DNA from: a virus
IMG/VR virus record: IMGVR_UViG_3300033146_001759
Span: 8,958 to 72,957 of that record
Strand: one strand, 5' to 3'
Length of the DNA: 64,000 nucleotides
Made by a program: the position numbers and the translations under genes. The notes under the pieces are model-generated. The model worked only from the letters and a program-made list of their open reading frames with translations. It was not told the DNA's origin and made no database searches. Below, one piece after another: positions 42,741-52,066 of the stretch (positions within the stretch are counted from its first letter, which is position 1; every line of letters starts with the position of its first letter).

Positions 42741-43451
42741 TTATTCTTTTAATTGTTTAATAATTCTATTTCTATATAAAAAATCAACTTTTAATATAAA
42801 TTTTTCCTTATATAATTCTAACATATCCAAATTTTCCCCACTTCTATTTATCATACTTTTTAATTCTGGATAATATTCAGATATACTCTCTTTTGTATAT
42901 AACTCAACACCATCAATCAATGATAATGTTTACCCTAATTGAAATGACATAGTTTTCAAATAATCCTCCCATAATACATTTCTTGTTCCCAAATTTTTTA
43001 CACCACTTAAATCAATATTACACAAAACATCTAATTTTTCTATTAAATCTGATTTCAATGCATTTTTAACCTCTTTTCTATATATTGTTCTTGATAAAAA
43101 AGATAATAATACCCTAGCTGTTCTTAAAATTTTAATAGTTACATCTCTTTCTATCACCCTTTTTATTTGAAGTGGGTGTTTTTGTTCGTGATATGAATAA
43201 GTTAAATATAATGCATTATTTACTTCATCAAAAGTACCCTTAAAAACATCTACTACAATTCCATTTTTAATAATACATAAATTAGAATTTATCGTTTTAT
43301 CTACATATATATCTGAATACATCTTATCTAATTTTGAAATTAATTCGTGTGATTCTTGTATCGTCCCCAACGAATCTACAAAAAACATAATATCATAATC
43401 TGTTGAAGATTTTGACCCAAATATTTGATATACTTCTTCTATCATATTCAT
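42741..43451 (-). pseudogene. pol-beta-type nucleotidyltransferase-like gene interrupted by an in-frame TAA at 42930-42932
   Basis: FGSKSSTDYDIMFFVD (GS..DxD); the frame stays open after the stop as TLSLIDGVELYTKES...KQLKE; promoter at 43464-43471. Confidence 0.6.
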
Positions 43452-43478
43452 TTTTTATTTATACAAAGGTAATAAAAA

Positions 43479-43817
43479 TTATTTTATTCCCATTTTTTTC
43501 TTTATTTTTTCTTTAAGCATAAAAATATCATCATCTTTTGAAATATCTCTCCAAGGATCATCATCATTCAACTCACTCCATCCAAATGGATTTACACTCA
43601 CCGTAGATTTAATCTCACGAAAATTATAGTTTTCTTTTAATATTTTTATTATATCATTTAAGATAAATTCAAATGAACTACAAACACCAAATTCAATCAT
43701 TAAAATAATATCCACAACCAAATCATCAAATTCTTCTTTTGTGTATATTTTTTCATTTGTTAATAATATTTTTGGTGCTTCATGATGTGACCAATAACCA
43801 ATCTCATATATCTCCAT
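43479..43817 (-). CDS. hypothetical protein
   Basis: 112 aa ORF. Confidence 0.65.
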   Translation of the reverse strand: MEIYEIGYWSHHEAPKILLTNEKIYTKEEFDDLVVDIILMIEFGVCSSFEFILNDIIKILKENYNFREIKSTVSVNPFGWSELNDDDPWRDISKDDDIFMLKEKIKKKMGIK

Positions 43818-44140
43818 TATAATTCTTTTTTTATTTTTTTCAACCGTTTTAAATGATACTCCATTTCATTAATAAATGTATCTATTACCCAATCACTCTT
43901 AGCATCATATACATCAATAACAGTATTACCACCATGCAGATATAACGTATTATCATCAGCGTGTCTGGGTTTTTGTAACGTTAGTAAATTTGCATTACTA
44001 CCTAAACTATCATAGTTTCTACCATCCATAATCTGTGTACCACAACACGCATTATATAATTTATCTGCTAAATCATTAGCATTTGATTTCAATGAATCTG
44101 CACCATCATTATAAATAGTCACTGTTGTTAAAAATCCCAT
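43817..44140 (-). CDS. hypothetical protein
   Basis: 107 aa ORF; promoter at 44169-44176. Confidence 0.7.
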   Translation of the reverse strand: MGFLTTVTIYNDGADSLKSNANDLADKLYNACCGTQIMDGRNYDSLGSNANLLTLQKPRHADDNTLYLHGGNTVIDVYDAKSDWVIDTFINEMEYHLKRLKKIKKEL

Positions 44141-44198
44141 TATTTTCTATTTTAAATTATTATTTTTGCAAAGATATAAAAAAAAATCAATATAAATA

Positions 44199-44474
44199 TT
44201 ATAAATATATATATTCATCATCAATAAAAATTTTTTTTTTATTTTTTAAGAAATCAACTACTACCTTAGCTATCTCAAGTTCATCAGTCATAAAAATTTC
44301 ATCATTATCATTATATGATAAACATACATCGTGAATATTTTTTGAATATACTACTTTATCTGAATAAATATATTTAATTAAGACACCAACCCAATTACTG
44401 TTTCCCCCTTTTTTAACTTCTGGAATATATATTTTTTTATTTTTATTAACTGATACAATTCTTATTCTATACAT
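44199..44474 (-). CDS. hypothetical protein
   Basis: 91 aa ORF. Confidence 0.5.
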   Translation of the reverse strand: MYRIRIVSVNKNKKIYIPEVKKGGNSNWVGVLIKYIYSDKVVYSKNIHDVCLSYNDNDEIFMTDELEIAKVVVDFLKNKKKIFIDDEYIYL

Positions 44475-44581
44475 CTTTCAAATATTTAAGTATTTCATTA
44501 TTATATTATATATAAATTATATTTGAAAGTTTATTATTTATATATAATATAATAAATTTTTAATAAAATAATAATAATATA

Positions 44582-45052
44582 ATGAAAATTGGAGAGAAAA
44601 TTCTAAAAAATGGTGGATTGAAATTATATATGGAAAATAACCAATCTATATTTGGAAATATCAGATTAGAAGATAAATTATACGAGATAAGATTTTGGTA
44701 TAAAAACATCTTTCAAAACACATATCATGAAAACACATTAATAGATGCTAAAACAAAATTAAAAGAATTAATTATTAACGCATATCAACATGAAAAAATA
44801 GATGAAAAAAAATTAAACAATATGGAAAATTTTAATATTTTCAATGAATCAAAAAACGAGAAAAAAAACATAAATATAAAAAATATCATTAATACTGGGG
44901 AGATATATGAAAAAACATTTTTTGCTTTTTTAAAAGATCAAAACATATGGTATATACAAAACGAAAAATCACCAGAATTAATAAGATTATATAATGATGA
45001 TTTTTTATATTTAAAAGAAACAAATTGGGGTAGATTCATATCATTAATCTGA
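44582..45052 (+). CDS. hypothetical protein with internal CTS-like motif
   Basis: Internal MENFNIFNES. Confidence 0.6.
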   Translation: MKIGEKILKNGGLKLYMENNQSIFGNIRLEDKLYEIRFWYKNIFQNTYHENTLIDAKTKLKELIINAYQHEKIDEKKLNNMENFNIFNESKNEKKNINIKNIINTGEIYEKTFFAFLKDQNIWYIQNEKSPELIRLYNDDFLYLKETNWGRFISLI

Positions 45053-45937
45053 TAACCGATAATCATCATTACCAGGTTTATCTTTCTTTTTAAAATATTT
45101 AGATAAATTAATTTTCTTCTTTTTCTTTAATTTTATAACCTCTTGCTCCTTTTCACTTAAAATATCTTCCATATTCTTATGGGGGGTTTTTATATCATTT
45201 TCTCTCAAATTTGGATATTCTTCTTTTAATTGTATTCGAGATAATTTTTCTAAAAATGATGATTTTGGAAAAAATGCATCAATTAATGCTATTTTCTCTT
45301 CAATCGTTTTTGTTTTTATTTCTATATCCATTAAATTATCTAAAAATTCATTATAATAACTCAAATTATTTTCATAATAATAATCTATTTTTTTAAAACT
45401 ATCCTTTGTAAATAATAATTTACTATAATATGATGCATTATATATGAAATTATATATACTATGTTCAGTTGGAAATCCATTTGTTATTAAATGAAACGGT
45501 AAATCAAAAAAATCATAAACATCTTTCAAATTTTTAGTTATAAATATTTTTTTATCATTATACTTATAATATAACCCAGTTCTTTCATATGATAAATTAA
45601 AATCTAATGTCAATATATTCATTAAAATATGTAAAATATCCCAAGAATAATAATATAATGTATATACCCATAAATCATCTCTGGTTTTTATAAATCTTAT
45701 ATCAAAACCATCTAAATCTACATATATTATACTTTCTTTTTCTTTAATATTCGATGGATTTAATATATTTGAAATATCATATGATGTTATAAAATCTGGG
45801 ATAATTATATTTATATAATTCCATTCCATTTTATCAATATGACAAAATGGTATTTCATGTTTAATTTCAGCTTTATCTAATAATAGTGAAATCCCTTGTA
45901 AATATTTAATAAAATCATTTTTAATATATTTTTTCAT
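45044..45937 (-). CDS. PolX-like nucleotidyltransferase-fold protein, apparently degenerate
   Basis: LSYERTGLYY...ITKNLKDVYDFFDL resembles a PolX thumb; no clear GS/DxD catalytic motif. Confidence 0.4.
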   Translation of the reverse strand: MKKYIKNDFIKYLQGISLLLDKAEIKHEIPFCHIDKMEWNYINIIIPDFITSYDISNILNPSNIKEKESIIYVDLDGFDIRFIKTRDDLWVYTLYYYSWDILHILMNILTLDFNLSYERTGLYYKYNDKKIFITKNLKDVYDFFDLPFHLITNGFPTEHSIYNFIYNASYYSKLLFTKDSFKKIDYYYENNLSYYNEFLDNLMDIEIKTKTIEEKIALIDAFFPKSSFLEKLSRIQLKEEYPNLRENDIKTPHKNMEDILSEKEQEVIKLKKKKKINLSKYFKKKDKPGNDDYRLSD

Positions 45938-46174
45938 AGTTCTTATTTCGTTGGTTGAATTATATTTATTCCTTTATAATTTGGTATATTATAATTATTA
46001 ATATATGTTTCTTGTTTTAAAATTGTTGATTGTAATGTTTTAATATTTTCTTGTGTTAAATAAAAACCATCTTCGGTGCTCATCCATATTATATTATTGA
46101 TTTTTATCATATTATACTTTACCATAATATATTTTTTGTTTATTTTTTATTTTATAGTAATATATTTTTTTTGT

Positions 46175-46507
46175 TTATTTTTTATAATCATCTTCAAAAA
46201 ACCATAATTCATCAATATCAAATAAACTAATTTCTAAATTAGTAAACATACCAATATCTTCATTATACTTATCCGTTGAAACAAACATATAACACCATTC
46301 CTCAATCGTTGAAATATCCCAATTAGATATAATATATTCAAATGTATTACCTTTTTTAAACATCCTCATTAAACTAGGTTTATGATTTATAAAGAAATAT
46401 TTATTAAATTTTTTTATAAAAATTCTTTTACGATTATCAAAAGTATATGCTATTTTTGACATATATTTATAATTATATATATCCTTTATTTTTTCTTCCC
46501 TAGTCAT
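46175..46507 (-). CDS. hypothetical protein
   Basis: 110 aa ORF. Confidence 0.6.
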   Translation of the reverse strand: MTREEKIKDIYNYKYMSKIAYTFDNRKRIFIKKFNKYFFINHKPSLMRMFKKGNTFEYIISNWDISTIEEWCYMFVSTDKYNEDIGMFTNLEISLFDIDELWFFEDDYKK

Positions 46508-46608
46508 TTTTTAAATATTCTCAATATTGTTTTTATTTTTTTTATCCGTTCCTTATTTAAATCAACCCATATTACATCTAATTTATATGGCTTTTTTTTT
46601 ATATACAT
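46504..46608 (-). CDS. 34-aa microprotein with RxxKIKTIL motif (not in the ORF track)
   Basis: Manual translation MYIKKKPYKLDVIWVDLNKERIKKIKTILRIFKK; ATGA overlap with the next gene. Confidence 0.5.
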   Translation of the reverse strand: MYIKKKPYKLDVIWVDLNKERIKKIKTILRIFKK

Positions 46609-46622
46609 ATATTCATTTTTCA

Positions 46623-46979
46623 TCATATATTAAATTCAGTTATTATTTTATTATCTAAAAAATCATCATATTCTATTTTATATTTCATTTTTAATTTTTC
46701 TATTATATCTTCTTCTAAATAATCTATAAAATAATCACCATGCTTATCTTTAATATACCAATTAGCACCATTATCTATTAAAAAAAATAAATCACCTTTA
46801 TTTGCTAAATTATATTTAATCTTTCTCGCTAACCACGTTATTACTGGCTCATTATTACTATTCATACTATTAATATCTGCACCATTTCTGATAGCCATTC
46901 TAACTTGCTGTATATTATTATTAAACATACCAACTTGTAAATCGTTATCTTTATTGAATTTTTTCTGTTCTTTAATCAT
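46623..46979 (-). CDS. ankyrin-repeat protein with FNI C-terminus
   Basis: AIRNGADIN and LIDNGANW..KDKHG..FIDYL; ends TEFNI. Confidence 0.8.
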   Translation of the reverse strand: MIKEQKKFNKDNDLQVGMFNNNIQQVRMAIRNGADINSMNSNNEPVITWLARKIKYNLANKGDLFFLIDNGANWYIKDKHGDYFIDYLEEDIIEKLKMKYKIEYDDFLDNKIITEFNI

Positions 46980-47000
46980 ACATTATATATAAAAAATAAA

Positions 47001-47246
47001 TCACATGAACGTAATCAGGATTCTGTTTTATGTTATCATTTAACTAAGATTTTTAAATCTTCTCATAATATTGATATTACTATCAACGAGTGCCACAACC
47101 CAACTATTATAAAATTGCTCACCTTCTAAGTTTGTTTGTGTTGCATCCTTGGAAGTACTAATGATATAATATCTCCTTCCGTAAGCAAAGATGTCCTGAA
47201 TTTCCTCAACACCAATAAAATAGTGCAGCGATAACTCTTCTTTGTA
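47001..47246 (-). ncRNA. rnpB: RNase P RNA, minimal form
   Basis: CR-I GAGGAAATTCAGGAC and CR-V ACAGAATCCTGATTA pair as P4 (TCAGGA/TCCTGA); P2 GTTATCG/TGATAAC; P3 hairpin; TTGCTTAC/GTGAGCAA helix; CR-IV-like AGTTAAATGAT. Confidence 0.88.
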
Positions 47247-47248
47247 AT

Positions 47249-47566
47249 TTACTTTTTAACTTTATTAACTATTTCAAATATTGGTAATTCCATTAAATTA
47301 TCCTTTAATGTATCATTATGTATTGATATAATATGCTCATGATATAATTTATCTTTTGACATAAATTCATCAACATGTACTATTTTTGATCCTATAACCA
47401 ATTTACCATCATCGGAATAAACTACTCTATAATCATCACCTTTTTTTATAGCATCCATTACAGTTTTATATGAAAAAATAAATTCTATTTCTTTATATTC
47501 TGGACTAAATATCAATTTAAAATTTTTATTGTCTTTTGTTTTTGCTATAATATAATATGTTACCAT
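47249..47566 (-). CDS. hypothetical protein
   Basis: 105 aa ORF immediately upstream of rnpB. Confidence 0.65.
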   Translation of the reverse strand: MVTYYIIAKTKDNKNFKLIFSPEYKEIEFIFSYKTVMDAIKKGDDYRVVYSDDGKLVIGSKIVHVDEFMSKDKLYHEHIISIHNDTLKDNLMELPIFEIVNKVKK

Positions 47567-47609
47567 CTTTTTATTTTTTATTCTTTATAGTTATAAAAAT
47601 TTCATTTGT

Positions 47610-48026
47610 TTATTTTTTATTCACTATAACTTTTGAGTATCTTATAATCACACCATTCAACATATATCCTTTTTTAAGTATCCTCACAACGACATTTTCT
47701 GAATAATTATTATCCCAAATTGTTGATATTGCTTCATGATATTCTGGATCAAATATTTCACCAATTTCACCAAATTCTTCAACATTATGTTTTTTTAAAA
47801 ATAATATAAATTTATTATAAATATATTTTAAACCACCATCATTAATAGATTGTTGTTTTAACGACAATTCAAAATCATCAACAATTTCTAAAATTTCTGT
47901 TATAAAAACTTCTTCAACCGTTTTCACAAAAAGTGTTTTTTCTTTATCTATTCTTTTTTTATAATTTTCAAAATCAGAATATAATCTCAGATATTGATCA
48001 GATAAATTTTTATATTTTTTTTCCAT
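47610..48026 (-). CDS. grpE: nucleotide exchange factor GrpE (short N-terminus)
   Basis: YLRLYSDFENYKKR, FDPEYHEAI and KGYMLNGVIIRYSKVIV. Confidence 0.92.
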   Translation of the reverse strand: MEKKYKNLSDQYLRLYSDFENYKKRIDKEKTLFVKTVEEVFITEILEIVDDFELSLKQQSINDGGLKYIYNKFILFLKKHNVEEFGEIGEIFDPEYHEAISTIWDNNYSENVVVRILKKGYMLNGVIIRYSKVIVNKK

Positions 48027-48327
48027 TATTGTTATTATTTTTAAATCTTTTTGGGTGTGCATCTTTCATCACATTAAAGATAAACCCTTCTGCAACAATT
48101 TCACCATATTCACATATCGGTTCTGCCATACTTTCACAACCAAGAAACACATTTACACCATTTATTTTTATATCTATCCCTAATAATCCTATTTTTTTTT
48201 CATTAGTAGGAGATAATCTATACATATCATCTCCAATTATTTCTATTTTAGTACCACCAAAACAACGCTCCATTATATTTATTGCACCATATATAATTGG
48301 TGATATTTCTTTATTTTTTTCTTTCAT
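48010..48327 (-). CDS. hypothetical protein
   Basis: 105 aa ORF. Confidence 0.6.
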   Translation of the reverse strand: MKEKNKEISPIIYGAINIMERCFGGTKIEIIGDDMYRLSPTNEKKIGLLGIDIKINGVNVFLGCESMAEPICEYGEIVAEGFIFNVMKDAHPKRFKNNNNNGKKI

Positions 48328-48330
48328 ATT

Positions 48331-49788
48331 TTAATAATCTATTATTGATGATTCTAATTCTTCTATTTCTTTTTCAGTATGAAAAATCTCTACGTTTTTT
48401 TCTTTCATTATACCTTTATAAACTTTTCTTTCAGCATATATATCTGTTAATACTTGATTTACTACACCAATTTCATTTCTAAAAACAGCACCAGAAACCG
48501 TAACTATATCTGTTTCATTTATCTCTACTTGTTGACCATTAAACAACGAATATTTTTTTCCTTTTATTTTTTGTCCTTTATATGAATCTGCACTAATATT
48601 AAATTGTCTCATTGTTGTAGGGTATAATGATGCAAAATCATAACACGCAGTCCACGTAGCCATACCCCTAATTGGTTCTTTTACCCAACCACCCTTTACT
48701 GCAGATGCTTCTGATATATCGTTTTTTACTAATTTAATATTTTTTAAATCAATAAGTTTTTTTCTTAAAATACCCTCCGTAACATTTAATGTAGATAATG
48801 CTTTATTAACAGTAGTTCTACTTAAAGTAGCAATACCATACATAATATCAGCTAACTTAGTTTTTTCATGTATTAACTGAACCAATATACTATCAATAGC
48901 ATTATAGTATATAAATTTCTTAAAGTCTTGACTATATAATGTTTTCAAATTACCATCATAATCAACTTTCTTCAACTTCAATACTGTTTCTGCAACAAAA
49001 TTTAATGCATTTGATTCTTTAATCTTTATAGATTGATCCCATTTTTCAAAAATTTCCATATAATCAAATAATAATCTATGTTTTGGTAATTCTGCAAAAT
49101 TCCGTGGATCTCTTTCATTTAATGGTTCTAATTTATTTGTGAAAGATGATACATCTGGATTTATTCCAATTTTTCTTGCCCTTGCAACTAAATATACCCA
49201 ATCAAAATGAATAAAATTCCAACCAGTTAATACTGGCATTTTTGGGACCATATTAATGAAAAAATTCTTCAACATTTCAAATTCAGACTTATATTGGATA
49301 TATTTAAAATCCCATTGTGTATTAAACTTATCACCATAATCATTATTAATATCATTACCTATTGCTTTTACTTCTTTTTTTGTTAATGGGTCAGTACCAA
49401 TAACTAATACTTTATCTTTAACAACAATTGAAATAGATATTACTCTTGTTCTTGCTAATTCTGGTTGTAATTTTTCTGTGGAAATCTCAGTTTCAATATC
49501 AATAAAAAATATATTTGGTTCATTATAATCAAATATTTCTCCTTGTATATCTTCTGGTAAACTTTCTAAATAATCATAAATAGAATATTTATTAGGATAT
49601 TTCGTATAAATTTCTTTTGTTGGTTTGCCATCCCAAGTAACATATTTTTCGTGCCTTTCTGGGTCATCTAAACTTGTAGCTATAAACTTAGTTGGTGTCC
49701 AAGGAAAATATTTTAATTTTATATTTCCTCTCTTATCAAAATGTGATACTATTAAGTTATGATTTGAATATTCGTAATCTATTATCAT
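48331..49788 (-). CDS. family B DNA polymerase, N-terminal subunit (exonuclease and motif A)
   Basis: FIDIET (ExoI), GWNFIHFD (ExoII), YNAID (ExoIII) and YDFASLYP (motif A); ends before motifs B and C. Confidence 0.9.
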   Translation of the reverse strand: MIIDYEYSNHNLIVSHFDKRGNIKLKYFPWTPTKFIATSLDDPERHEKYVTWDGKPTKEIYTKYPNKYSIYDYLESLPEDIQGEIFDYNEPNIFFIDIETEISTEKLQPELARTRVISISIVVKDKVLVIGTDPLTKKEVKAIGNDINNDYGDKFNTQWDFKYIQYKSEFEMLKNFFINMVPKMPVLTGWNFIHFDWVYLVARARKIGINPDVSSFTNKLEPLNERDPRNFAELPKHRLLFDYMEIFEKWDQSIKIKESNALNFVAETVLKLKKVDYDGNLKTLYSQDFKKFIYYNAIDSILVQLIHEKTKLADIMYGIATLSRTTVNKALSTLNVTEGILRKKLIDLKNIKLVKNDISEASAVKGGWVKEPIRGMATWTACYDFASLYPTTMRQFNISADSYKGQKIKGKKYSLFNGQQVEINETDIVTVSGAVFRNEIGVVNQVLTDIYAERKVYKGIMKEKNVEIFHTEKEIEELESSIIDY

Positions 49789-49847
49789 TTTATATATTTT
49801 AATTATTTATTTTTATAGATAAAATGAAAAAAAAGTTATATAAAAAT

Positions 49848-49881
49848 AAAAAAACCACATTATTAATAATGTGGTTTTTTT
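49848..49881. terminator. perfect palindrome, probable bidirectional terminator
   Basis: AAAAAACCACATTATTAATAATGTGGTTTTTT. Confidence 0.75.
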
Positions 49882-49903
49882 AATTATTTCAAATATTTAA
49901 TAT

Positions 49904-50485
49904 TTACAACACAATACCCAATTCTTCTAAATTTTTATTAAAGATAACCTCACCATCTTTAAGTTTAGATTTAGTTTCATTATATAATTCTTGTAATGCT
50001 TTAACACCAAGCTTTGGATGTGCAACAATTACTGCTAATGTCACCTTTTTCCAACCAATATAACTATAATTTGTTGGTGTACCATATACAATATTACTTA
50101 AACACAATTTATTTATTTTTTTCTCAGCTTTGGCAATTTCTTTAATATCTATTGCTATCTCTACAACAGCAATACCTTGAGAACTTAAATCAATTTTATC
50201 AACACTTTCATAAAAATCCCAACCAAACTTATTATACATAATTTCAGCAACACCAATAGATGTTAAATATGTTTCAAAATTTAACTTTACATCATCATTT
50301 TCATACGTTACATCAACTGGACCACCCCAACCATCATCATTAACATATCCAACTTTTTTATTATCAAGATACACATCACAATAATATCCTCCCAAATCGT
50401 GACCAAAACCAGTTTTTAATTTTTTAATAGTTACTCTACTAATTTTTTTTAATTCTTCTTTTGATAATTTCTTTAAATCTCTCAT
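49904..50485 (-). CDS. hypothetical early protein
   Basis: NDDGWGG motif; promoter at 50514-50521. Confidence 0.75.
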   Translation of the reverse strand: MRDLKKLSKEELKKISRVTIKKLKTGFGHDLGGYYCDVYLDNKKVGYVNDDGWGGPVDVTYENDDVKLNFETYLTSIGVAEIMYNKFGWDFYESVDKIDLSSQGIAVVEIAIDIKEIAKAEKKINKLCLSNIVYGTPTNYSYIGWKKVTLAVIVAHPKLGVKALQELYNETKSKLKDGEVIFNKNLEELGIVL

Positions 50486-50763
50486 AACAATATTTTTAAG
50501 TTTAACAACACTGCAAAGATAATTAAAAAAAAACAATATAACCTAATTTTTATAAAAAAATCTAACATTCTTCTTTTGGTATAATAATATATTCATCAAC
50601 TTCTGGTATTAAAGATAATGATGAACCATTATCCCACGCTACTGCGATATACCCTAAATCATCTATATGCTTTATAATACCTCTATCACCACGTATTAAT
50701 TTAGTATATTTATCAACCATATTAATTAATTCAACACATTATCCACTATGTAAATATTGGGTA

Positions 50764-51027
50764 TTATTTTTTTTGGAAATTCTCATTCACAAAATCACCA
50801 AATTTTAACACTTTTCTTTCATTAGGAATATCTATCGTCATCATATCTTCTATTGTTGCTATTCTTCTTTTACCTTTTCTATTAGCTTCAAATGGGTCGT
50901 GATCCCACAACCCATTAGCAGCAGTTTTTTCACTTGGTACACTTAAATCAATCGCACCACCTTCTTTTTTTATTTCTTTATTAATCCTATTCATTTGATC
51001 AATTGTACTCTGTCTCATTAATGCCAT
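50764..51027 (-). CDS. hypothetical protein with C-terminal CTS-like motif
   Basis: Ends KVLKFGDFVNENFQKK. Confidence 0.7.
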   Translation of the reverse strand: MALMRQSTIDQMNRINKEIKKEGGAIDLSVPSEKTAANGLWDHDPFEANRKGKRRIATIEDMMTIDIPNERKVLKFGDFVNENFQKK

Positions 51028-51047
51028 ATTTAAAGTATTATTTTTAT

Positions 51048-52058
51048 TTATATATTAAAATCATACACCAATATTAATTCTTCAAATTCATTTTCAATAT
51101 CACTATTCATGATTTTTATTTTTCTTAATATTTTATATCTTTCTATTTGTTTTTCTTCATTATTTTTTTTATATTCATTACTATATATATCCAAAGTATA
51201 TAAAATATAATTTTTTTGCCACTCACTCGATTTAATCATCTTTTCAAAATCACCACCACATTTAAATATTTTTTTTAATTGCCAATCTTGTTCAGTAAGT
51301 ATAGACATCAATATATTTTCTTTATTATCATTTATTTTATTTTTTAAGCTTATTAATATATCATTTATATCTTTATATAATTGCTCTTTTTTATTTTCGT
51401 TTACTTTATATAAATCATCAAAATTTTCAATCTTAACCACTTCGGATCCATATTGTTTTAAATATGATAATATATTTGAAATACCACCTTCATTTAATTT
51501 TTTTAAATCTATTATTATTTCAACATCATCACCATCAAATTCAAATTCAAATGGAATATTTACATTATTAGCATATAATACTTTTGCGCTTTGTAAAACA
51601 TATCCTATATTATATCCTATATTCTCAACAAAAGTATGCAATTTTGTATATCCTAATAATTCAAATAATGTTTCAAATCTATCATCTTCATCATATTTTA
51701 AATTAAACAACGCATTTATTTCTTTGGAGGTTTTCATAGCATCACCATTAAAATAATCTACATATTCTGTGTTTTCCACTGATTCATCTGGTGGATCCAT
51801 AGACAAATAATCATTATACATCTTTATACTATAATCTTCTGCATCAAAATCAAAAAAATCATTCAAATCCCCAATATCCATAAATAATGAAATTTTCTTT
51901 TCAGTTAAATCTATTACATATTCTTTTACATCATCTATACCAATTAATTTTTTTATATGTTCTTTATCACCAAATTCAAATTCATATATTATATCATCTC
52001 CCAATGGGATAGTATCACCATTTTTTTCTTCTTTTATAAAATTATTAAATTTTTTCAT
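51048..52058 (-). CDS. CTS/FNI family protein
   Basis: MKKFNNFIKEE ... GGDF...S.EWQK.Y ... YDFNI. Confidence 0.8.
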   Translation of the reverse strand: MKKFNNFIKEEKNGDTIPLGDDIIYEFEFGDKEHIKKLIGIDDVKEYVIDLTEKKISLFMDIGDLNDFFDFDAEDYSIKMYNDYLSMDPPDESVENTEYVDYFNGDAMKTSKEINALFNLKYDEDDRFETLFELLGYTKLHTFVENIGYNIGYVLQSAKVLYANNVNIPFEFEFDGDDVEIIIDLKKLNEGGISNILSYLKQYGSEVVKIENFDDLYKVNENKKEQLYKDINDILISLKNKINDNKENILMSILTEQDWQLKKIFKCGGDFEKMIKSSEWQKNYILYTLDIYSNEYKKNNEEKQIERYKILRKIKIMNSDIENEFEELILVYDFNI

Positions 52059-52066
52059 ATCAATTA

